The position numbers and the translations under genes are program-made. A stretch of DNA of 64,000 nucleotides from Eledone cirrhosa (taxonomy: Eukaryota): assembly GCA_964016885.1 (NCBI GenBank), contig OZ024754.1:28458001-28522000 (forward strand). The letters are read 5' to 3'. This document shows, in pieces, positions 53,300-64,000 of this stretch (positions are counted from its first letter, which is position 1; each line of letters opens with the position of its first letter). The notes under the pieces are model-generated. The model did no database searches, was not told the DNA's origin, and saw nothing but the letters and a program-made list of their open reading frames with translations.

Positions 53300-53510
53300 T
53301 AGTAGTATGGGTAGAGCACCAGACATGGTTTCCAGCATAGTTATGACCCTTTATGTTCTGAGTTCAAATCCCGCTGAGGTTAGCTTTGCCTTTAATCCTT
53401 ACGGGGTTGATGAAATAAAGTACCAGTAACACAATGGAGTCAATTTAATCAACTTTCCTCTCCCTCCCCAAAAGAATTGTTGGCCTTGTACCTAAATCAG
53501 AAACCAATAT
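53300..53510 (+). mobile_element. tRNA-derived SINE family 2
   Basis: Matches 36716-36895. Confidence 0.75.
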
Positions 53511-53634
53511 ACTGTCCAACCCTTACTAGCAGGGAATACTTGTGTCAAAACAATGATGATGTTGATGATGATTATGTTTTATTCATATGAAAGAAATCTT
53601 ATTTCTGAGGTTATTTCCTTATTTCTTTTTACAG

Positions 53635-53722
53635 ATACCTAGATGATGTTGCATTACACCATCTGATTGATGCCTTATGCAAACTCTCTTCTGAATCAAT
53701 GGAATTAGCTTATTCAAACAGG
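53635..53722 (+). CDS. MON2: Internal exon of a MON2 homologue (Sec7-family-related endosome/Golgi trafficking protein)
   Basis: A pyrimidine tract and acag acceptor (53611-53634) precede it and a G|gtaagt donor follows at 53723. One nt plus 29 codons encode [29 protein letters not shown], closely matching vertebrate MON2 as recalled ([30 protein letters not shown]). Confidence 0.9.
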
Positions 53723-54981
53723 GTAAGTACACCATTTCTTAAAGTTTGATATCAACAACATTAGTAAACAGAAAAATAAATTAATTAAAATAAATTAAAT
53801 GTATCGATATTTCATTGATGAAAGAATTTTTGTCTTTCATAATTTGTTTTCTTTAACTCTTAGCAGCCTTTAATGATTTAGAAAATAGCTGAAAACTGGG
53901 TTATGAACTGAAATGTTCAATGACCATGTGATGTGTATGGATGGTTTCCAGTTGAATGAAACTGCAATAGAAGACTACCAAAGGAAAACTTGAGCAGAAG
54001 TGTCTTAAAATACTGAATCTCACAGAGTAGATAACAAAAGAATGTATCTAATGGAGAGATGCTGTGCTGGAAAATAACCAGTCTAACCCATGTAAGCATG
54101 GAAATATGGATGTAAAGAGGTTGAAGATAATGATGATCATAGTTTTCAGTATTAGACTAGACATTTTAATTTTTAATGTGATGTTGTCAATTATACTAAA
54201 CATAATGTTGTGTGTGTGTATTGTTGTTAATTAATTCTTAACATCTTGTAATGATTTAGCAGAAAATTTCAAATCTTTATAATATATATACAAAGGGACA
54301 GATCATTGTGAAAATTTATAGTATTAAAGACTTCAATGCTTAGTGTGATGTTGCCATAATGCTGTTTTTCAATGTCTTACTAATGCATTTTCATGTAGTT
54401 TCTTAATGTAAGTGTTCAAGAGTGTCTTTTTAATGTGGTTTGATGCAGTACAAGGTATTAAGAGTGACAGGGAACATGAATATATATGTGTATAGTATAG
54501 TGTGTGTGTATGTGTGTGCAGCAAATATGTAATGCTCTAACAATTCAGCCAGTTCATCACAAAGGATTCATAATTTAGTTGTTTCAGTGGACACAGCGTC
54601 TCTTCTCTTTTATTGTGTTACCTGCATTTGGGATTGACCAGGCTTGATTGATGTGTTACCTTCATTGAAGCTGTTCAAACCACACCACTTTTGAGATTAT
54701 TCATTCATAGATAGTTGCCAGTATTTCAATGGGTGTGGGTGGAGGTTGGGGCATATGTATGTCTATGTACCTATATATTCATGTATGTGTTTTTGTATAT
54801 AAATATTATGTGTGTGTATATATATATATATATTTAAAGAAGAGAGACACGTTTTATGTATACAGGATGTATTTTGCAATACACTGTATGCTTAATTAAA
54901 AACATTTTGAAGACCTTACGCTATTGTTTTAGAGTAGTGACACTCTCACTTACTTCAATTTTCAGCAAACAGGGGAGATAA

Positions 54982-55026
54982 AGTTGACAGAGCTCTGTTT
55001 CGTACTATTTAGTACTTATCAAAGCT
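54982..55026 (-). ncRNA. Degenerate hammerhead ribozyme
   Basis: AGCT-TTGATAA-GTACT-AAAT-AGTAC-GAAA-CAGAGCTCTG-TC-AACT. Stems II and III are perfect, but the core differs from CTGATGA at two positions. Confidence 0.6.
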
Positions 55027-55203
55027 AAGTACTTCACCTGTTTGCCGAAAATCATGAATGTTTGATTCTTATAGAATTCTAATAATAATAATAATCAGGA
55101 ACTGATTATACAGAACGGTTGCCGGTCAAGCAGAAATTGGAATTAGAAGTTGGAAAGTTCAAGCTTCACATTTGGATTTTATATATATATATATATATAT
55201 ATA

Positions 55204-56408
55204 TCATCATCATCATCATCATCAACGTTTAACGTCCGTGTTCCACGCTTGCATGGGTTTGGACGGGGGTATTCCCACTTGAGGCAAGAGTGATTGTCTT
55301 GCTCGCATAGGACTGTCTGGCAGGTTTTCTACAGTTGGATGCCCTTCCTAACACCAACCACATTTACAGTGTGGGTCTGGGAGGTTTTTACCGTGTTGCC
55401 TACACGGCCACATTACAGCGTGGACTGTGTTTTTTTGTCGTGACACCTACACGATCTCATTTGTTTCGGCCTGGATGGTGTGGCACCAACATAACTTTAC
55501 ATAGAAGGGGGCGGTGTGGATGTGGTGGGGGTGGTGGGACGGGGGTGTATTTTGTTAGAGATGCCTACTGACTGTAGTAGGTTTTACTTTGTATTTAGGT
55601 AAGGCGGGTCTTCTCTATTACTGAGTACCGCCAAAGGTCTCGGTCCAGTGACATTGTCTTGGTGAGGTGTAAGTGTGTGAGGTCGGAGTTTATCAGCTCG
55701 TCCCAGGTTTTTCTGGGTCTGCCTATTCCGTGGCTACCGTCTATCTTTATTGCCCTGCACTTTGTTATACAGCTATCGTCCTTCATGCGCATCACGTGAC
55801 CATACCAACGTAGCTTTCTCTCTAGTAAACAACATCTGATCCCTCTTATTTCTAATTTTTTCCTTAGTTTGTTTATGCTTTGTCGTTCACGTATATTACT
55901 ATTACACATCCAGCGGAGCATGCAAGCTTCGTTTCTCTCTAGTCTGCGTATATCCTCTGCACACAATGCCCAGGTCTCACTGCCATGCAACATTGATGTT
56001 CGTATGCAGGCATCGTACAGCCTGCCTTTCATTTTTAGGGAGAACCCTTTAGCGGCTAATAGTGGTATAAGCTCTCTGAACTTTTTCCACCCAGTTCTGA
56101 CTCTAGCTACTGTACTTTCAGAGCACCCTCCCCCACTGCTGATTTTGTCACCCAGGTAACGGAAGCTGTCCACTATTTCTATAGAACCCTCTGCGCAGTT
56201 GAAAGAGCTAGTATTTTGTGGGCACTTGATGCTACTTATTTCCCCAGAACACCGGCCACATGTAAAATCTTTGTTCTTAGTTAGCTTACCTGTGATCCCA
56301 CTACATCTTTTATGCACCCAAACTTTGCATTTGGGACACAAAATGGAATTTCTACCTACGCCTTTCCTACACTCTGCGCATGGCCACTTCCCGGAGGGGA
56401 CCGCCTTA
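55204..56408 (-). mobile_element. RTE-A, 5'-truncated
   Basis: The minus-strand ORF 55595-56530 from KAVPSGKW onward is nearly identical to RTE-A; flanked by (TA)n. Confidence 0.95.
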
Positions 56409-56505
56409 TATATATATATATAGGTGTATAGGTGCAAGAAAATTGCGTCTGTAGGCGGTATGCCAGGTGGGCACTCAATGCTCGAGACGAGCTTACACAC
56501 TGAGG

Positions 56506-56595
56506 CATATCTGAGGATCTTTTGATTCAAGAGTCAGGTTTGATCAATAACAGATCGATCCTCGAGCTGATCAACAGTGAAACATATGTAATATG
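56506..56595 (+). ncRNA. Type I hammerhead ribozyme with extended stem II
   Basis: CATAT-CTGAGGA-TCTTTTGAT...ATCAACAGT-GAAA-CATATG-TA-ATATG; intact core and palindromic stem III. Confidence 0.7.
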
Positions 56596-56939
56596 TTATT
56601 AAATATGTTATGATGCAACACTGACTCTTTGTTCCTTTATTCTTATACATAACATATATATATATATATGTATGTATGAGCTTATAGTGTAATAGTTCAC
56701 TATTTTTATTGGTAAGATATGTTATGATCAATGCATACTTTTACTCTTCATTCTTCAGGAGTGAATAGTTATCGTAGCAGATTATTTATAATTCTTACTT
56801 AACTGTTAATCTTCGATTTTTTTTTTTTCTCCATATTTGGTGAAATATTCTAATTGCATTGAAATGTTCATAGATGTATAAATAAATAATAATATTATTA
56901 ATACTTGGTCTTAATGAATTTTGAATATATATATATATC

Positions 56940-57100
56940 TCATTATCATCATCATCATCATCATCATCATACGTCCACTTTTCCTTGCTTTCAAGCATGG
57001 GATGGGTTCTTTTCAGCACAGCATCTCTCCATTTGTCACGGTCCTTCGTCATCTCCTTTGTGAGATTCAGTGATCTGAGGTCAGCTCTCACCATCTCCAG
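56940..57100 (-). mobile_element. RTE-B-related 3' fragment
   Basis: WLEMVRADLRSLNLTKEMTKDRDKWRDAVL followed by a (GAT)n tail. Confidence 0.8.
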
Positions 57101-57724
57101 CCAGTATACTGAGCAATGAGTATACTGGAGCAATGTGAAATGAAGTGTTTTGCTCAAGAACACAACAGATAATGCAGCCCCGGATCAAACTGATTACATT
57201 GTCATCATAAGTCCAACACTCTTACCACTATGCCATGCACCCCTACAAATAAATATGGTAACAAAAGAGTTAATTTGTTGTTTACAAGAAGCAAGTTTAA
57301 TTATTTTAAAATCTAATGATATTCAAACAAATAATTAATTAGTTATATTGATATTTTTGTTGGTAGTTTCAATTATTTCTAATGAAGGTTTGAATTCAAT
57401 AAAATAACAACCCTATTTTGATTAGTCTGCAACAAATTAATTAATTACATTGGTTTGCTAAAATTGGAATAAATATACCTGTTAAATTCAATAGAATAAC
57501 TACTCTGTTTTAATTAATGTGTGACAAATTAATTAATTATACTCATTAATTAGAATTAGAGTAATTCTAACTGTTATATCCTATAGAATAACTACACTAT
57601 ATGATGACACAGGATAGTAATACTTGGTGACTTGCTGTTCTAGAGAAGTACAGGAAGTGTTGCTGAAAGTAAATGTAATGAGAACTCAAAGACTTTAAGA
57701 AGGGGAGAGATCACTGTTAGTCTA

Positions 57725-57920
57725 CAAGGGTCAGTTGAAAAGTTCATAGGCTGACCAAGATACATGGAATGACCAAATGAGGTTTATTTTTCAACATAGT
57801 CTCTGGGGAGAAACATTGCAGTTATTAATAAGCGCAGAGTTGAAATTAATGCATGCAAGATTTCACAGCTCTACCACCACTCCTTTACAGTCAGCCTATG
57901 AACTTTGCAGCCAACCCTCG
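57725..57920. mobile_element. Tc1/mariner MITE
   Basis: TA-CAAGGGTCAGTTGAAAAGTTCATAGGCTGAC ... GTCAGCCTATGAACTTTGCAGCCAACCCTCG-TA; TA TSD and Hsmar2-like TIR. Confidence 0.8.
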
Positions 57921-58859
57921 TACACTGGATGAGAAAACCTTTCTGGTCTTAGTATTATGATGGAATACTCCCAGTAGCTCTTGGATTGTGGTTGATGAGC
58001 AAATTGAGGAACAAACCAACACTTGTAAGGAAGAAGGTTCTTTGATCTTTTCAAAGACCTGACAACCTCTCTAGTGTTGGTGTCATGATAAAATACACTC
58101 CCTACACTCTGTAAAATGGTTGGCAACCAAATGCTAACATTATAGGGTAGAGAGGACAGAGCAGACTCTTCAGTCTTACCAAGTACATGACAAACTTGTT
58201 AGTGCACATGCCATTATAAAATACACCCAGTACACTCTGTAAAGTGGTTGGTATTTCAAACGTCATACAGCTGTAGAGAGAAAGCTAGACATGTCATCCA
58301 AACCATTTTGTTTCAAACTATGATGACCTGTCTAATACATGGTAGCATGGGAAACAGACATATGATGATTATAATGATTATGATGGAACACTTGTTAGCT
58401 AGACTTGCTGTACATATTACTATATTATATTCAATAGATTGTCTCCTCTAATTCTATCAGTGTTTAACTAATTAGTCAATCACAATTGTTAGCAAGAATT
58501 TGAGAAATTAGAGAAAACGGATAAGAGGAATCAGATGATACATGCTGGAGAGAAGATTGCACTCATGTAGACATGTGATGCAATTGATAGTAATCATTTA
58601 GTGAAGCCAAGTGATTTCTGTAGAAGGAATCTGTATAAGAAGAAAACTGTGGAAAGGGAGGGCCAATGTGGTGAGAGCTGATCTCAAATCACTGAACCTC
58701 ACTGAAGAGATAACAAACAAACTCAGCAGATGGAGGATTACTGTGCTGGAAAAGACTCTTCTAATCCATACAAGCACGGATGTTGATAATGATGATGATG
58801 ATTACAATGATGATAATTACACAGTAATAAATTACACTTGTTAGCTAGAATTTGAGTAA

Positions 58860-59420
58860 ACGTTCTTCTTGTGGCGCTAAACCCTGCCGGTTGCAGATTG
58901 TGCATCAACATGAGATATTTTTCTCCACAAAGTTCGATCACCAGCAGCAGAGTTCAAAGAGCAAAGATCAAATCCAGTCCATAAGTTGACATTATCAAGC
59001 CATCGTTTTGGCTGCTGGCTTCTGCTTCTCTTACCAGCAAACTTTCCTTCCAGGCATAACCTACTCACACCACAAGTTGATCTTTTTATATGACTGTATA
59101 GTTTGAGTACTCTTGACTTGACAATTGATGTAATTGGTCTAAGTTTGGTAATGTTGAGCAGCTCACTGATACAGATACGATCGCTGAGCCAGTCATAAGT
59201 CTCATGATGTGGTTCTGGAATGTAGAGAGCTTCTGAAGTGACCTTGTCATCCAATTAACACAGTCAAGGCCATATAACACAACTAGTAGGATGTAAGTAT
59301 CAAAGATCTTAGCCTTCAAATGATAGGAAACTCGTTTTGATGTTAGTACTTCCTTGTTCTTGTTGAAAGCTGCTCAACCTTGAGCGATGCAATACTGAGC
59401 AGCAACCATTCCATTGTTGT
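58860..59420 (-). mobile_element. Decayed RTE/BovB-like LINE 3' fragment
   Basis: KAKIFDTYIL.VVLYGLD and LKLYSHIKR...LEGKFAGKRSRSQQPKRWLDNV...DRTLWR in broken frames. Confidence 0.75.
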
Positions 59421-59862
59421 TTGATGATAGTAAACGTTACTGTGTTAAATTCAATAGAATAACTACACTATTTCCATTAGTGTGTAACTGATTAATAAAT
59501 CACGTTCGTTAGTTAGAATATTAGTAACTGTTCCTGTGTTTCTATAATTTACCTCTCAACTTCATTTATAATCTTTCATGTAACTATTTTTTTAACTATT
59601 CATTTTTTTTTCTTCTTCTTCCAATGTATTTTGCCTTCTGCAGTTATTTTGGTTTGAAATTTGTCTGGCAATGTTCCAGACTGTCCATAAGGAATTGGTA
59701 TAATGGTTTAATGAAATGTTAATATTCTTTGATTTATACATTACAGGTTCATGTGTTTACATTCCCTCACTAAAACCACATATCTCAGACAGCTTAGTTT
59801 CTTTGGCTTACTAGTCTGACCTGTTCACTAAATATAGTATAATAATAATAATTTCTACTATA

Positions 59863-60059
59863 GGCACAAGGCCAGCAATTTGGGGAGAGGGGAAAATCAG
59901 TTAAATTGACCCCAGCGCATTACTGGTGCTTTATTTTATCGACCCCGTAAGGATGAAAGGCAAAGTTAACCTCAGCGGAATTTGAATTCAGATCGTAAAG
60001 GGACATAATCCTATGCCATAAAGCATATTGTCCGACGCTCTACCGATACTGCCAATCCA
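59863..60059 (-). mobile_element. tRNA-derived SINE family 2
   Basis: Matches the reverse complement of 36716-36895. Confidence 0.8.
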
Positions 60060-60061
60060 TC

Positions 60062-60070
60062 AATAATAAC

Positions 60071-60101
<31 letters not shown>

Positions 60102-61128
60102 CTTTCTTTATTAACCACAAGGGTTTACACAAAGTAGACATTAAGGACAGGACAATACAGGATGGTACAAAAGGGCATTTCTGCGTGTAAAAAAACAAAA
60201 AACAGGATGTAATAATAGAACAATGAACAAATTCCCCAATAAGGGGGAGACTTCCGAGGGACATTCGTGGAGAAAGCCCATTAAAAAGCCACAGTGACCC
60301 TGACCACCAGGGCAAGTGCCCTCTCCCAGTTTTCCACCTTTAATTTACAGACACATACTCAGAGTAGGCCCATTCACTCAGGTCATTCTTGCCTCTCTCA
60401 CCCATCTTTCAACAAAATGCTGGGAAGAGAGCACTTCCCTCTCTACCCTGATTTTCCTTTTCAAATGAAATTTGAAAAAGTCAATCAGGGCATCACCGAA
60501 GAGGTAAGTGCTCATCTTCAGCCCTTTCAAACGTGTCCACCTTACTATCTCTTTCGCCATGGCCACCAGACAGATAAAAATTGCCTGCCCTTCCCGGCTA
60601 AAGGAAGAGGGCGGGGCAATCCTCACGATGGACTCAGCTGATAGCTGGATCCGTCCTACACGTGACAGCAGGTGTTCGACATAAAGCCACAAGTCAGCAA
60701 TGCTCGGACACTGGACGAGTGCGTACAGGACGGTTTCGTCGCCCTGCGCACATCTCAGACATGCCCGGCTGACGGCACCTCCACGCCTGTAGAGTTTATC
60801 CCGAACTGGCAAAGCTCCTTGGTAGCACTGCGAGGCCAGGGATTTCTGGAAGTTGTCCATAGGCCCCGGCCCGAAAGTTCTTCCGAAGAGATTGGCTAGT
60901 TGATTTATTCGACGCCTAGAGTTTCCCCCCAAGTACGTCATCACTCTTCCCCTCCACTAATCCTCTATAGAACGCCAAGGTGGAGTTTCTACCGATCACA
61001 TTGCCCGATTGGTCGAGGGCTGTGAGCACCTGAAGACATTCCAGTCTCCAAGCGCTCCCTCTCGGTCTTTACTTGACCCAGGACTGCAGCTCCGTCAAGG
61101 AGACGAGTTGGGGAAAGACGCGTCTAGC
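60062..61128 (-). mobile_element. Tx1/L1-clade LINE 3' fragment
   Basis: zf-RVT-like LPVRDKLY...CLRC...ETVLYALVQCP, followed by a 3'UTR with AATAAA and a (TTA)n tail. Confidence 0.8.
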
Positions 61129-61804
61129 AATAATGATGATGATGATGATTATTACAGTCTAGACTGATGTTCTTTTTTTAAAAAAAAATATTGTGTTCAC
61201 CGTTAACATGCTGATGTAATTATTGTTGATGGACATAATGAATGTTAATTAGATAATTGTATAATGTGGGGTGTAGGGGTAATATGTGAGGTATGGTTTT
61301 CGGAAAATATATCTGAAACACAGTTTTGTTTTCCAGTTAAATGCGGTGTATGTGTGTATTTGTGTAAGCCTCTGTGTGTGTGGCTGTATCTTTTACCAAC
61401 TTATATTAGCAAAAATAAGTAGGATGCGATGAAAACTTTAACAAAATGGTGATTTCAAACAAGAATCCCTTAACCCTTTAGCAATTAAACCAGCCATATC
61501 CGGCCAGAATTCTCTGTGTTTGGCCTGTTGGCTATATAATAAACAATAGCCAGTGTTTTAAGACCAATCTCTCAACTTTCAGATTGATATACAGTGATAA
61601 TAAAATCAAGAGATTGACAACTTAATATTTAGAAAGAGGTGAAATGCCCAGTAGTGTGTGTATGGTTTTAAGAAAGTAATTGAAAATTTCAACTTGGATT
61701 AAACCAGTTTTAAACTAGTTAGACCATTATTCAACTGAGTACTCGACACTTGGGATAATAGAGTATGACTATATTAGAAAGCGTCAGGGTCCTGACTCTT
61801 TCTA

Positions 61805-62606
<802 letters not shown>

Positions 62607-62716
62607 AACAGAAGATAGACATTCGATCGACTTTCGTCAAATTGGACTGAGGAAACAATGATTCCATTGGTCTTTCCAATTGCTAATACTATCTATTGGT
62701 CACAACTCCTAATAGA

Positions 62717-62834
62717 AGGAGCAACGTGAAATGAAGTGTCTTGCCCAAAGACGCAACTCGTCACCTGGTTCGGGAATCAAACTTACAACCTCACGATTGC
62801 GAATCCAATTCTCTAACCACTCAACCATGCGCCT
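62717..62834 (-). mobile_element. tRNA-derived SINE head plus CORE-like block
   Basis: The minus strand reads ggcgcatggttgagtggttagag...gtttgattccc...ctttgggcaagacacttcatttcacgttgctcc. Confidence 0.75.
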
Positions 62835-62845
62835 TCAAAAGAAAT

Positions 62846-62944
62846 GGTTACAACACCTAGGTTTCCCAAGCGGTCACCCATCTAAGTACTAACTAGGCTC
62901 GACGTTGCTTACGTCGGTGATTGGACGAGAAGCAGTGTTTTCAG
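62846..62944 (-). pseudogene. 5S rRNA pseudogene or 5S-derived segment (5'-truncated)
   Basis: The minus strand reads ctgaaaacactgcttctcgtccaatcaccgacgtaagcaacgtcgagcctagttagtacttagatgggtgaccgcttgggaaacctaggtgttgtaacc, matching the invertebrate 5S consensus without its first ~19 nt. Confidence 0.85.
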
Positions 62945-63709
62945 AAGAAAACAAAGAAATTTTGTTTACATATAAAAGATTTTTTATTGTGTATCGACCT
63001 ATTATGCGTGTTTCACTGAGGATTGGTTCAGTGTAACCCATAGGAGTTATGGACCCAACTCCACTATCAATCTGCTCCTCAACCTGGCAATGTGACGAAA
63101 AAAACAACAAAACATTTATATATATATAGAAAAAACAACAAAACATTTATATATATATATATATATATATATGTGTTTTTATTGATACACAATAAATATC
63201 TTCTATATGTAAACAAAACTTCCTCATTATTTTCTATAATATGCTCTCTCCTTGTTTATAGAGTGCTTGATTTGCTACCAACACCACTAATTCACTGTAT
63301 GTACATATATATATATTTGCATGTATATATGTGTGTAAAATATGTATATAAATATGTATATATGCTTGCATTAGCCAACAACATATCAACCAAGCCACAT
63401 AAATCTGTTAACATCTGATGACATCACACTGGTGCAGGTTAATCTTGTAACGGTTGCACAACATCTCCATGCTGGTGTCATAAAAATATGCATAATAAAA
63501 AGGATTATATAACTTCTGTCTTTATTTCATGTGTGTGTATGTATATATATATATGTATATAGTGTGTATGTATATATGTGTTTGTATGTATATATGTATA
63601 TAGTGTGTGTATGTATATATATATATGTATATAGTGTGTGTGTATGTATATATGTGTTTGTATGTATACATATATATATATGTGTATATATATATATACA
63701 TATGTGTAT

Positions 63710-64000
63710 AGATGGATCAATAAGACAATAGAGGTAGTTCGAGTTAGTAATCGAATAATTAAGCTTAGATTAGTTGTAGGCAGGAGACTACTGACAATCA
63801 TCTCGGTCTATGCTCCCCAAGCAGGCCTAGGCAAAGAAGAGAAAGACTACTTTTATGAGCAACTTTTACAGACAACCGCAATGACAGAGGATGGAGACAT
63901 TGTTATGCTAGCAGGGGACTTCAATGGTCATGTTGGACAGCTCCAGGATGGTTACACTGGGGTACATGGTCGGCACAGTTACGGCTCAAGAAATGAAGGA
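63710..64000 (+). mobile_element. RTE APE endonuclease fragment running off the window
   Basis: RWINKTIEVVRVSNRIIKLRLVVGRRLLTIISVYAPQAG...AGDFNGHVG...YGSRNEG, beginning directly after a TA tract. Confidence 0.9.

Noticed and set aside
59600-59700. Possible next MON2 exon after a pyrimidine tract and cag
   Set aside because: The translation does not resemble the expected EPSLFAVAKL sequence.
62608-63225. Further hammerheads at about 62615-62695 and 63000-63090 (minus strand)
   Set aside because: GAAA and stem-like parts are present, plus a short inverted repeat (about 62955-62997 / 63183-63222), but the CUGANGA core or stem I cannot be built.

Overview
AT-rich, repeat-dense animal DNA. The repeat content suggests an octopus or other coleoid cephalopod, which is an inference and not a database result. 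The only host coding sequence I can support is one 88-nt spliced exon (53635-53722, +) of a MON2 homologue, so most of the window is probably very large intron. It contains at least three RTE-clade LINE families. Family A has one near-full-length dead copy and four truncated copies, carries a PHD-like finger after the RT core, and is mostly inserted in (TA)n. Also present are Tx1-like and R4-like fragments, a Penelope-like GIY-YIG element, two tRNA-derived SINE families, a Helitron, several MITEs, a 5S rRNA remnant, a 7.3-kb 28-bp satellite and kilobase (TA)/(TATG) tracts. The most notable hidden layer is RNA structure: about 15 minimal type-I hammerhead ribozyme motifs (6-7 with intact catalytic cores) from several unrelated repeat families. 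One pair lies in a 465-nt tandem unit resembling a non-LTR retrozyme, and several sit in or beside long inverted repeats. Most long ORFs in the supplied track are microsatellite artefacts. All folds and alignments were done by eye.
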